DNA of 64,000 bases from Phyllobates terribilis (taxonomy: Eukaryota), in the NCBI RefSeq assembly GCF_046119375.1, contig NW_027362769.1, positions 330,584,001 to 330,648,000 of the forward strand. The letters run 5' to 3'. The position numbers and the translations under genes were made by a program. Numbering within the stretch: position 1 is the stretch's first letter; each line of letters opens with the position of its first letter. The notes beneath the pieces are model-generated. The model worked only from the letters and a program-made list of their open reading frames with translations, did no database searches and had not been told where the DNA came from. Of this stretch, positions 1-12,477 are shown piece by piece.

Positions 1-663
1 TCTTGATCTGAGAAGGCTAGAGACTACTTCTCATCTAAAGCTGTGTAGGGTCCAGGCTAGAATACTCCTCACCTAAAGCTCTGCAGTGCTCAGGCTAGAC
101 TACTCCTCACCTAAAGCTCTGTTGGGTCCAGGCTAGACTACTCCTCACCTAAAGCTCTGCAGTGCTCAGGCTAGACTACTCCTCACCTAAAGCTCTGTAG
201 GGTCCAGGCTAGTCTACTCCTCACCTAAAGCTCTGTAGGGTCCGGGCTAGACTACTCCTCACCTAAAGCTCTGTAGGGTCCAGGCTAGACTACTCCTCAC
301 CTAAAGCTCTGTAGGGTCCGGGCTAGACTACTCCTCACCTAAAGCTCTGTAGGGTCCGGGCTAGACTATTCCTCACCTATAGCTCTGTAGGGTCCAGCCT
401 AGACTACTCCTCACCTAAAGCTCTGTAGGGTCCAGGCTAGCCTACTTCTCACCTATAGCTCTGTAGGGTCCAGGCTAGACTACTCCTCACCTATAGCTCT
501 GTAGGGTCCAGCCTAGACTACTCCTCACCTATAGCTCTGTAGGGTCCGGGCTAGACTACTCCTCACCTAAAGCTCTGTAGGGTCCAGCCTAGACTACTCA
601 CCTATAGCTCTGTAGGGTCCAGCCTAGACTACTCCTCACCTATAGCTCTGTAGGGTCCAGCCT
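1..663. repeat. 38-bp tandem satellite, left part (array continues off the window start)
   Basis: Unit CTAGACTACTCCTCACCTAAAGCTCTGTAGGGTCCAGG repeated head to tail with point variants; the same array resumes in the same orientation at 15759. Confidence 0.95.
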
Positions 664-676
664 GGAAATTACTAAA

Positions 677-3600
677 ACCCTATGTGTCTTATTTGTCTAT
701 ACCTATGCCTATGGTAGATATTTGTCTGTAGCTATGCCTATGGTAGATTTTTTTGTCATATTTGTCTGTACCTATGCCTATGGTAGATTTTTTAGTCATA
801 TTTGTCTGTACCTATGCCTATGGTAGATATTTGTACCTATGCCTATGGTAGATTTTTGTACCTATGACTATGGTAGATTTTTTAGTCATATTTGTCTGTA
901 CCTATGCCTATGGTAGATATTTGTCTGTAGCTATGCCCATGGTAGATTTTTGTAGCTATGCCTATGGTAGATTTTTGTAGCTATGCCTATGGTAGATTTT
1001 TTTGTCATATTTGTCTATACCTATGCCTATGGTAGATTTTTGTACCTATGCCTATGGTAGATTTTTTAGTCTTATTTGTCTGTACCTATGCCTATGGTAG
1101 ATATTTGTACCTATGCCTATGGTAGATTTTTTAGTCATATTTGTCTGTACCTATGCCTATGGTAGATATTTGTACCTATGCCTATGGTAGATTTTTGTAC
1201 CTATGCCTATGGTAGATTTTTGTACCTATGCCTATGGTAGATTTTTTAGTCATATTTGTCTGTACCTATGCCTATGGTAGATTTTTGTAGCTATGCCTAT
1301 GGTAGATTTTTGTAGCTATGCCTATGGTAGATATTTTAGTCATATTTGTCTATACCTATGCCTATGGTAGATATTTGTCTGTAGCTATGCCTATGGTAGA
1401 TTTTTGTGTCATATTTGTCTGTACCTATGCCTATGGTAGATTTTTTAGTCATATTTGTCTGTACCTATGCCTATGGTAGATATTTGTCTGTAGCTATGCC
1501 TATGGTAGATTTTTGTAGCTATGCCTATGGTAGATTTTTTAGTCTTATTTGTCTATACCTATGCCTATGGTAGATATTTGTCTGTAGCTATGCCTATGGT
1601 AGATTTTTTAGTCATATTTGTCTGTACCTATGCCTATGGTAGATTTTTTAGTCATATTTGTCTGTACCTATGCCTATGGTAGATATTTGTACCTATGACT
1701 ATGGTAGATTTTTTAGTCATATTTGTCTGTACCTATGCCTATGGTAGATATTTGTCTGTAGCTATGCCCATGGTAGATTTTTGTAGCTATGCCTATGGTA
1801 GATTTTTGTACCTATGCCTATGGTAGATTTTTGTACCTATGCCTATGGTAGATTTTTTAGTCATATTTGTCTGTACCTATGCCTATGGTAGATATTTGTC
1901 TGTAGCTATGCCTATGGTAGATTTTTGTAGCTATGCCTATGGTAGATTTTTGTAGCTATGCCTATGGTAGATTTTTGTACCTATGCCTATGGTAGATTTT
2001 TTAGTCTTATTTGTCTGTAGCTATGCCTATGGTAGATTTTTGTAGCTATGCCTATGGTAGATTTTTGTAGCTATGCCTATGGTAGATTTTTTAGTCATAT
2101 TTGTCTGTACCTATGCCTATGGTAGATATTTGTCTGTAGCTATGCCTATGGTAGATTTTTGTAGCTATGCCTATGGTAGATTTTTGTAGCTATGCCTATG
2201 GTAGATTTTTGTACCTATGCCTATGGTAGATTTTTTAGTCTTATTTGTCTGTAGCTATGCCTATGGTAGATTTTTGTAGCTATGCCCATGGTAGATTTTT
2301 GTAGCTATGCCTATGGTAGATTTTTTTGTCATATTTGTCTATACCTATGCCTATGGTAGATTTTTGTACCTATGCCTATGGTAGATTTTTTAGTCTTATT
2401 TGTCTGTAGCTATGCCTATGGTAGATATTTGTCTGTAGCTATGCCTATGGTAGATTTTTGTAGCTATGCCTATGGTAGATTTTTTTGTCATATTTGTCTA
2501 TACCTATGCCTATGGTAGATTTTTGTACCTATGCCTATGGTAGATATTTTAGTCATATTTGTCTATACCTATGCCTATGGTAGATATTTGTCTGTAGCTA
2601 TGCCTATGGTAGATTTTTTTTGTCATATTTGTCTGTACCTATGCCTATGGTAGATATTTGTACCTATGCCTATGGTAGATTTTTTAGTCATATTTGTCTG
2701 TACCTATGCCTATGGTAGATATTTGTCTGTAGCTATGCCTATGGTAGATTTTTTAGTCATATTTGTCTGTACCTATGCCTATGGTAGATTTTTTAGTCAT
2801 ATTTGTCTGTACCTATGCCTATGGTAGATTTTTGTAGCTATGACTATGGTAGATTTTTGTGTCATATTTGTCTGTACCTATGCCTATGGTAGATTTTTTA
2901 GTCATATTTGTCTGTACCTATGCCTATGGTAGATATTTGTCTGTAGCTATGCCTATGGTAGATTTTTGTACCTATGCCTATGGTAGATTTTTTAGTCTTA
3001 TTTGTCTATACCTATGCCTATGGTAGATATTTGTCTGTAGCTATGCCTATGGTAGATTTTTTAGTCATATTTGTCTGTACCTATGCCTATGGTAGATTTT
3101 TTAGTCATATTTGTCTGTACCTATGCCTATGGTAGATTTTTGTACCTATGCCTATGGTAGATTTTTTAGTCATATTTGTCTGTACCTATGCCTATGGTAG
3201 ATATTTGTACCTATGACTATGGTAGATTTTTTAGTCATATTTGTCTGTACCTATGCCTATGGTAGATTTTTGTACCTATGCCTATGGTAGATTTTTTAGT
3301 CTTATTTGTCTGTAGCTATGCCTATGGTAGATTTTTGTAGCTATGCCTATGGTAGATTTTTTAGTCATATTTGTCTGTACCTATGCCTATGGTAGATATT
3401 TGTCTGTAGCTATGCCTATGGTAGATTTTTGTACCTATGCCTATGGTAGATTTTTTAGTCATATTTGTCTGTACCTATGCCTATGGTAGATTTTTGTACC
3501 TATGCCTATGGTAGATTTTTTAGTCATATTTGTCTGTACCTATGCCTATGGTAGATATTTGTACCTATGACTATGGTAGATTTTTTAGTCATATTTGTCT

Positions 3601-6600
3601 GTACCTATGCCTATGGTAGATTTTTGTACCTATGCCTATGGTAGATTTTTTAGTCTTATTTGTCTGTAGCTATGCCTATGGTAGATTTTTGTACCTATGC
3701 CTATGGTAGATTTTTTAGTCTTATTTGTCTGTAGCTATGCCTATGGTAGATTTTTGTGCCTATGGTAGATTTTTTTAGTCATATTTGTCTGTACCTATGC
3801 CTATGGTAGATTTTTGTGCCTATGGTAGATTTTTTTAGTCATATTTGTCTGTACCTATGCCCATGGTAGATTTTTTAGTCATATTTGTCTATACCTATGC
3901 CTATGGTAGATTTTTTAGTCATATTTGTCTGTACCTATGCCTATGGTAGATTTTTTACAGTTACAACTCGCTTCTCTGTGTTCCTGAGCTGAGAGAGGCA
4001 GGGGGATGTTTTGAGAGTGAGATAAGGCTGGAAGCTAATTTTAATATTGTCTACCTATGTGTCTTATTTGTCTATACCTATGCCTATGGTAGATATTTGT
4101 CTGTAGCTATGCCTATGGTAGATTTTTTTGTCATATTTGTCTGTACCTATGCCTATGGTAGATTTTTTAGTCATATTTGTCTGTACCTATGCCTATGGTA
4201 GATATTTGTACCTATGACTATGGTAGATTTTTTAGTCATATTTGTCTGTACCTATGCCTATGGTAGATATTTGTCTGTAGCTATGCCCATGGTAAATTTT
4301 TGTAGCTATGCCTATGGTAGATTTTTTTGTCATATTTGTCTATACCTATGCCTATGGTAGATTTTTGTACCTATGCCTATGGTAGATTTTTTAGTCTTAT
4401 TTGTCTGTAGCTATGCCTATGGTAGATTTTTGTACCTATGCCTATGGTAGATATTTTAGTCATATTTGTCTATACCTATGCCTATGGTAGATATTTGTAC
4501 CTATGCCTATGGTAGATTTTTTAGTCATATTTGTCTGTACCTATGCCTATGGTAGATATTTGTACCTATGACTATGGTAGATTTTTTAGTCATATTTGTC
4601 TGTACCTATGCCTATGGTAGATATTTGTCTGTAGCTATGCCCATGGTAGATTTTTGTAGCTATGCCTATGGTAGATTTTTGTACCTATGCCTATGGTAGA
4701 TTTTTGTACCTATGCCTATGGTAGATTTTTTAGTCATATTTGTCTGTACCTATGCCTATGGTAGATATTTGTCTGTAGCTATGCCTATGGTAGATTTTTG
4801 TAGCTATGCCTATGGTAGATTTTTGTACCTATGCCTATGGTAGATTTTTTAGTCTTATTTGTCTGTAGCTATGCCTATGGTAGATTTTTGTAGCTATGCC
4901 TATGGTAGATTTTTGTAGCTATGCCTATGGTAGATTTTTGTAGCTATGCCTATGGTAGATTTTTGTAGCTATGCCTATGGTAGATTTTTTAGTCATATTT
5001 GTCTGTAGCTATGCCTATGGTAGATATTTGTCTGTAGCTATGCCTATGGTAGATTTTTGTAGCTATGCCTATGGTAGATTTTTGTACCTATGCCTATGGT
5101 AGATTTTTTAGTCATATTTGTCTGTACCTATGCCTATGGTAGATATTTGTCTGTAGCTATGCCTATGGTAGATTTTTGTAGCTATGCCCATGGTAGATTT
5201 TTGTAGCTATGCCTATGGTAGATTTTTTTGTCATATTTGTCTATACCTATGCCTATGGTAGATTTTTGTACCTATGCCTATGGTAGATTTTTTAGTCTTA
5301 TTTGTCTGTAGCTATGCCTATGGTAGATTTTTGTACCTATGCCTATGGTAGATATTTTAGTCATATTTGTCTATACCTATGCCTATGGTAGATATTTGTC
5401 TGTAGCTATGCCTATGGTAGATTTTTTTTGTCATATTTGTCTGTACCTATGCCTATGGTAGATATTTGTACCTATGCCTATGGTAGATTTTTTAGTCATA
5501 TTTGTCTGTACCTATGCCTATGGTAGATATTTGTCTGTGCCTATGCCTATGGTAGATTTTTTAGTCTTATTTGTCTGTACCTATGCCTATGGTAGATTTT
5601 TGTAGCTATGCCTATGGTAGATTTTTGTAGCTATGCCTATGGTAGATTTTTGTAGCTATGCCTATGGTAGATATTTTAGTCATATTTGTCTGTACCTATG
5701 CCTATGGTAGATATTTGTCTGTAGCTATGCCTATGGTAGATTTTTGTAGCTATGACTATGGTAGATTTTTGTGTCATATTTGTCTGTACCTATGCCTATG
5801 GTAGATTTTTTAGTCATATTTGTCTGTACCTATGCCTATGGTAGATATTTGTCTGTAGCTATGCCTATGGTAGATTTTTTAGTCTTATTTGTCTATACCT
5901 ATGCCTATGGTAGATATTTGTCTGTAGCTATGGCTATGGTAGATTTTTTAGTCATATTTGTCTGTACCTATGCCTATGGTAGATTTTTTAGTCATATTTG
6001 TCTGTACCTATGCCTATGGTAGATTTTTGTACCTATGCCTATGGTAGATTTTTTAGTCATATTTGTCTGTACCTATGCCTATGGTAGATATTTGTACCTA
6101 TGACTATGGTAGATTTTTTAGTCATATTTGTCTGTACCTATGCCTATGGTAGATTTTTGTACCTATGCCTATGGTAGATTTTTTAGTCTTATTTGTCTGT
6201 AGCTATGCCTATGGTAGATTTTTGTACCTATGCCTATGGTAGATTTTTTAGTCTTATTTGTCTGTAGCTATGCCTATGGTAGATTTTTGTAGCTATGCCT
6301 ATGGTAGATTTTTTAGTCATATTTGTCTGTACCTATGCCTATGGTAGATATTTGTCTGTAGCTATGCCTATGGTAGATTTTTGTAGCTATGCCTATGGTA
6401 GATTTTTGTACCTATGCCTATGGTAGATTTTTTAGTCTTATTTGTCTGTAGCTATGCCTATGGTAGATTTTTGTACCTATGCCTATGGTAGATTTTTTTA
6501 GTCATATTTGTCTGTACCTATGCCCATGGTAGATTTTTTAGTCATATTTGTCTATACCTATGCCTATGGTAGATTTTTTAGTCATATTTGTCTGTACCTA

Positions 6601-6620
6601 TGCCTATGGTAGATTTTTTA
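677..6620. repeat. Satellite expanded from the left TIR: 25/29/40-bp variants around core CTATGCCTATGGTAGAT
   Basis: Short (..GATTTTTGTA), medium (..GATATTTGTCTGTA) and long (..GATTTTTTAGTCATATTTGTCTGTA) monomers are intermixed. A unique ~100-bp spacer occurs twice (about 3957-4056 and 6620-6719), marking a kb-scale duplication. Confidence 0.95.
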
Positions 6621-6867
6621 CAGTTACAACTCGCTTCTCTGTGTTCCTGAGCTGAGAGAGGCAGGGGGATGTTTTGAGAGTGAGATAAGGCTGGAAGCTA
6701 ATTTTAATATTGTCTACCTTGAGATAGTTTATAAACCCTCCTCTCACACATCCAGTACCCTAGCAACCACAGAATGCAGAGTAAGTGGACATGCTAGCTG
6801 GGGCATATCTTACAGAAGTCAAGCTGCAACACCAGGCTCTCCCATCATCACTTTGGCAAGTATTACG

Positions 6868-7330
6868 AATAACAGTTTTAAGCTCCGTTTTTTTATTGGA
6901 ATAAGTTCATATTAGTGACAGAAAGTTACTTTCCCAGTTTCATTAAGATTTTTTTAGGGATTCAGTCTTTATGTTCTGCCATATTCTTCCATACCTATGC
7001 CTAGTGTGGTTATCATGGCTGGAAACTGAATAACAGTTTTAAGCTCCATTATTGTATTGGAATAAGTTCATATTAGTGACAGAAAGTTACTTTCCCAGGT
7101 TCATCAAGATCTTTTTAGGGATTCAGTCTTTTTGTGCCGCCATATTCTTCCATACCTATGCCTAGTGTGTTATCATGGTTGGAAACTGAATAACAGTTTT
7201 AAGCTCCGTTTTTTTTATTGGAATAAGTTCATATTAGTACAACAAGGTTATTTTTCCAGTTTCATCAAGATCTTTTTAGGGATTCAGTCTTTATTTGAAT
7301 TATAAAGTTGCTATATAGGAATGTATGGGT
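6868..7330. repeat. Left subterminal ~160-bp tandem repeat (about 3 copies) of the MULE
   Basis: AATAACAGTTTTAAGCTCC starts at 6868, 7029 and 7189. The units contain CATACCTATGCCTAG, the same core as the TIR satellite. Inverted copies occur at about 15265-15575. Confidence 0.9.
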
Positions 7331-8126
7331 GTTCAACTTTCTTCCCAAAATAATCTCTGCTAATGGTAACCAGATCTTCCATCTAAATATAGCACAGTAA
7401 ATGTTATCTGTCCTCGATCTAGCTTGCCATATAATAAATGGCTCCATACAATGTAGCTGCCCCTGCTGAAGTCAAGTTTTCACTTCCAGGATGGATGATA
7501 ATTCTTCGGTTTGGGTTTGTTGGGGATAAAACTTGGAGTACTGTACTGGTAGCTGCAAACGTTGGACCTCTGCACGGTCTGTCAAATTTTCTTCACGCCA
7601 CCAGTAGGAAAGTGCTTTAAGCCGGCATGGTTGTTGACCTTACCATACTCACCCTACTGTCTTATACGTTGTCTATTACTATTTACAGTTAAAATGTAGG
7701 AATATACAGTATCATAACTTATCTAAAGTGCTTCTATTTTAAAGGATATACCTTGTTACTGTCTCATACAAAGTATTTGTGGATATGGTGTAAAAGTTAC
7801 CAACTTTTATGACATTTCAGAGGATACAATTTCACTAATTTGGAGCAAAGGTCCACTGGACAACCATGCTACATCGGATATTTCTCTTCAGTATGCTTAC
7901 ATTCAAGAACTAACAAAAAGGTAGTATGAAGTTGTGTGATTTATGGCTTAGCTTCTTTTGATACTAATCTTTAGTGTACATTTACTTAAATTTTAAAATT
8001 GCTTTTCATTTCAGACTAAATTTTATTTTATTGAATCAGCTTTGGCTTCAAGTAGTTTTGAATAATTTAAGATTTTTAATTTTGCATTAAATAATTAAAT
8101 TAAAATATATAAATATTTTTATTTAA

Positions 8127-9120
8127 AGAGGAACTATCAATTGTTTTAAATTAATATTTTTATTATATAAAAAAATTTGAATAGGTCTTTAATATTATTT
8201 TTTTTAGTTTTTGTAACTATTCCTACACTAAACTGTTCCTAAGGCTATGTTCACACGCTGCGTTTTTTGCTGCGTTTTTTCATGCTAATTATGCTAATTT
8301 AAAGCAGCAAAGTACAGTACCAGCAAAGTCTATGAGATTTGCAGAATTGCTGTTCACACGCTTGTTCTTTTTTAACCTGCATTTCTTGTTTGTTTATTAG
8401 CTGCTTTTTTCAAAGAATGAACATGTCAATTCTCTGCTGCGTTTTTTGCTGCTTTGCTCCATAGGAAGCAATGATAAGGCAAAAACGCAGCAAAAAACGC
8501 AGCAAACCAACATTTTGCAAGCAGGTCAAAAGTTCATGGTTTTTCCTACGATTTTTGCCACCTAATTAGCATAAAAAACGCAGCAAAACGCACCATGTGA
8601 ACTTAGCCTAAATCACTCAGTTGCAAAAACGCAACCGACTGTCCCTTGCTAAGCTATCCTCCTAAACCGTTTTCACATTGAAGACGCTTTAGTAGAATGA
8701 ATGCGCGTGCACGCGTGTCCCCGGGCATCACATGAGTGCTTAGCTCGCTTCTCATGGGAAGCGAGCCAGCGCTCAGCTGTACTGAATGCATGGCAGCTGT
8801 GCCATCCCAGGCACGGCGCCATGTAATCTACTGCGCTGCAACCCCGGGAAACATCTCCCGAGGCTTCAGCGTATATATGCTCTGTATACCGCGATGTGCG
8901 GGCACGCCGGCGAGGACGCGCACACGTCATCAGCCGGCGTGCACGTGCCTCCCGGCATTTGTTCAGTTGCGGGACGGCCCAGAAGAGGAGCTTCGTGGGC
9001 CGACAGGAGGGTAATTAAGAAGTTTTTTATTTTTAAACCGGTCCAAATGGGTTCAGGGGGGAGGGGGGACCCAAAAAAAAAAAAAAGAAAAAAAAGGTAA
9101 ATGATAGTTAATCTTTAAAT
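8127..9120 (+). promoter_or_regulatory. Direct-repeat module A: CpG-rich putative promoter plus non-coding exon 1 of the transposase gene
   Basis: CpG-rich 8700-9010; donor GAGG|GTAATT at 9011; acceptor TTCTTTACAG| at 9196; ATG at 9209. Diverged direct copy at 13763-14150. Confidence 0.6.
8243..8608. mobile_element. PIF/Harbinger-type MITE
   Basis: TIRs GGCTATGTTCACAC / GTGAACTTAGCC; TAA TSD (8240-8242, 8609-8611); the empty site CCTAAATCACT is visible in module B near 13877. Confidence 0.9.
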
Positions 9121-9208
9121 GACTTCTTGTTTAGGTTTTTATATTGTTTGAATTTTTGTATCTTTTTTTCATAATTAAAAAAAAAGTTCTTTACAGGAAT
9201 TTTGAACA

Positions 9209-12200
9209 ATGGGCATCAAATCTTTAGTAAAGAAAAATAAAAGAGAATCTACAGTACCAGAGAATAAAGAAATACAAGGAACCCCAGGCAAAAATAAGGA
9301 TGTGACAAAATTAAGTTCAGAACAAACAGTTTCAGAGACAACTAATTCACATTCAACATCAAGATTTTTAGCATTGTATCTTCCATTTCACAATAAGAAG
9401 AAACCAAAAAGTGGTGGAAATGTAAAGAAATGTATATGCACTGAAGACTTATTGAAAGCTGCTACTAGACTGTTTGAAAGAAGTCCAAACACTGAAGTGA
9501 ATTCAAGCGTTAGTAGTGTGAGCTTCTGGTGCAAGCTTGGCGAAGAAGTAGCGCCAAAAACCAAAACGCACAGAAAAAAACTTATCCAAAATTATAGCTT
9601 AGCATGTAGAAACCTCTGGGACACAGATTTCAACTTTAGAGAATGTATTATGAAAGTCACCAACAAAGAAAAATGTGAAAAACAAGGAATCCCACGCCAA
9701 CCTCTTTTTTCTCGAACTATCAGTGAACAAAGTCTGCCTACATTAAAAGAACAAAAAACAGAACCGGAGAATGAAATGAAGAAGGATTATGATGACAGTG
9801 CTCTTGGTAAATACAACAAGATTGAAGCAGTGTCTGATGACATGGAATCATTCACTGGAGACAACAGTTACTGTTCAGAGAAAGGGCTACATGAAAGTAA
9901 TTCAATGGTAAGGATGAATTTGTGATTTATGAGCCCAAAAATATTACAAATAACAATGTTTACACAAAAATACTGACAAAATAACACCAACTGAAGCATT
10001 TGAGATTCTGAAGAAAGGTGATAAGTGTAGGGTGACCAATTTGCCACCACTTAATCCACAGCATGGTGATGTTTTACTTTTACAAAGAAGGAAAAGCAAG
10101 GGATTGCATAGCAGATCAATTGCAGTTTGATTACATCTCCAGGAACAAGTATACCTTTAAAGGGGAAACATGCTTCAAGGTTATATACAAGCCAAGACAC
10201 CCACCAGAAGAGGTATGTGAACTTCTTGAAAAGTACATTTTTAGCCTCGGTCAAACTGATAACAGTTGCAGGCTAACTCAGTACTTTGGAAATCCAAATA
10301 CAATGCACCTTAAAGCCCATGGTAATCGCAAACACTACAAGAACAAGATATTTTTTACTACTGCACCACCAATCATTAAAGAACAGAGGGAAAACTTATC
10401 ACAGCCACCCATGAAAGTTTATAAAGCACAGTGTACACGTTTCATACCTCCACAATATGAAGCTGCTTTAGGACCGCGTGATGTAAAGCAGGCACAAAAC
10501 AGTGCTATGAGAGAGTGTGTAAAGCGTTGTTTGTGCCAAGATGATGTTTATTCCATAGTTGAATTGGAGCGCTTGTTTGGTGGTTTTGTAAAGCAGCTAG
10601 ATGTCCTACATGATTTCTATTGTATCCTTGCAAAAGAAGAACTAATAGAAGAAGCGAATACATTTGCAAAACACAAGGACAGCAACTTCAGTTGTGACAC
10701 AACTTTCGAGTTTGGTCATTTTTATGTGACTACTGTTACATTTAACCACCCTGCTTTTCAAAATGCATGTGTAATTCCAATTTTCATATTGATGCACCAA
10801 AAGAAAGATGAAGGTACACACAGAAAGTTCTTCAATTTTATTTCTGAAAAGTGTCCAGCATTTAACAGCAACATGGTGAAAATCATTACTGACCGTGAAA
10901 AGGCAATTACAAACAGTATAGATGCACAGCTTCCCCAGGTTAAATGATTCCTGTGTTGGAACCACATGAGGAAAGATGTGCAATACTGAACGCAAAGGCA
11001 TGGTTGACAACAAATGGACAAATTAACATATGAAAGCTGTATTTACAGTTAAATGAACAGCAAGACACCAAACGAATATGTAAGTAAGTTAGAAGAACTT
11101 AGCCAACATTGGACAGAAGAATTCCTCACTTACTATAAGAAGCACCTGGAATCAGATATCCTCAATTACTGTGCAAGGTGGCTTTTAGAAGAACACATGT
11201 TCATAGAACCTTCAGGAATAACAACAAATCAAAGTGAGAGTTTTAATTCTGTGCTAAGAAGACATCATGATGGGAAAGAAATAAACATGGAAGGTTTTGT
11301 TCTGTCTATGTTTTACTTAACTTCTTACTACACGAAGGAAGTTCTGAGAGGGAGATGTGGACTGGGTAACTTCAACCTGAAAGGAGAGTTCTGAGCTCTA
11401 AACCCAGCAGATGTATCATTTCCTGAAGTACTGGTAACACTCGAAAGCTTGGCGGAATTTTTAAAGGAACAAAAACTTGTGATCACAAAAGAAAATGCAT
11501 GTAAAACAGGAAGCCATCTGCCAAGAAGAACAATGGCAGAAGGAATTCTCAATACACCAGGTGGTATTGTGTTGGTGCCACAGCAGAAAGTATTCCTCGT
11601 TAAAGGTTTTAAAAATGAATCTTACATTGTGCAACTTTTCCCAAAGACTTCTTGTTCATGTCCACAATCCAGACAGTGTCACCACATTATGGCAGTTCTG
11701 CTATCAGTGGGATTGGATCCAAGGGAAGAGACAGATGAAGGAAATCTAAGCAGGTTGTACAAAAAACAAAGGGGAAAAGGAAAAAGTGGACGGAAGTTCA
11801 CTTCTAAACCATGATTGACATCTCCAGCTGATGACTCAATCCAAAGCATGAATCGAAATAATGGAGACGAGGAGGCAACACTTACAACACAAGTTATGCC
11901 AGGATACAGTGCACGAACTGCAAAAATTGTTAAAATATCACCACCTGAACCATCCGTAGGTATGCCTAAACTTCATGTCATAACCACAAAAAAGGTTGTT
12001 CTGAATTACAAGCAGTGGTTCCAGGCACGGTAAAAGTTATCACAGTTACTGGTGATACAACTGTGACACTCCCAGAAGTAAGCAGTCAGTGGTGGTCAGA
12101 TGCAGATTTTACACCAACAGTGCAACCAGGACCTCAAAACTTTTGTACTGTTAATTGGATGACTAATTTATGTAATACAATTTGGGAAGCCAATTCAAGC

Positions 12201-12413
12201 ATCTGTTATGCAGGAGTGAATTGTTGCCAGCCTAATAGAAATGTGTGTGCAACAGAGGAAGATATGAAAATGGTTTTCTGTGACTTTGCATGCCAAGATT
12301 GGTACCACAAAGCACTAGTGAAGGACTATCTGATAAACAATTACCATCTATGTACAAATGCAGAAAATGTCAAAATGCTGAATAGGAGGTGTAAAGTACC
12401 TTTTCCTTGTTAG
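9209..12413 (+). pseudogene. Fragmented MULE (Mutator) transposase: N-terminal region, MULE DDE domain, SWIM zinc finger, C-terminal PHD-like remnant
   Basis: ORF pieces 9209-9925, 10063-10947, 11053-11394, 11449-11814 and 12015-12413. Motifs: AHGNRKH; CDTTF..YVT; TDREKAI; LCWNH just past the stop at 10947; SWIM CSCPQSRQCHHIMAV; CDFACQDWYH. Multiple stops and frameshifts. Confidence 0.85.
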
Positions 12414-12477
12414 TATGTAACATTATTAAGCAACTTATGGTTTAAGTGTAAACAGAATATGTTTGATTTCTTTTTAA

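Noticed and set aside
5771-6022. 83-aa ORF (MSYLSVPMPMVDF...)
   Set aside because: Chance stop-free frame through the satellite; the peptide simply mirrors the DNA repeat.
1-6720. CRISPR-like or telomeric interpretation of the tandem arrays
   Set aside because: No unique spacers between repeats, no cas genes, eukaryotic intron-containing context, and no TTAGGG.
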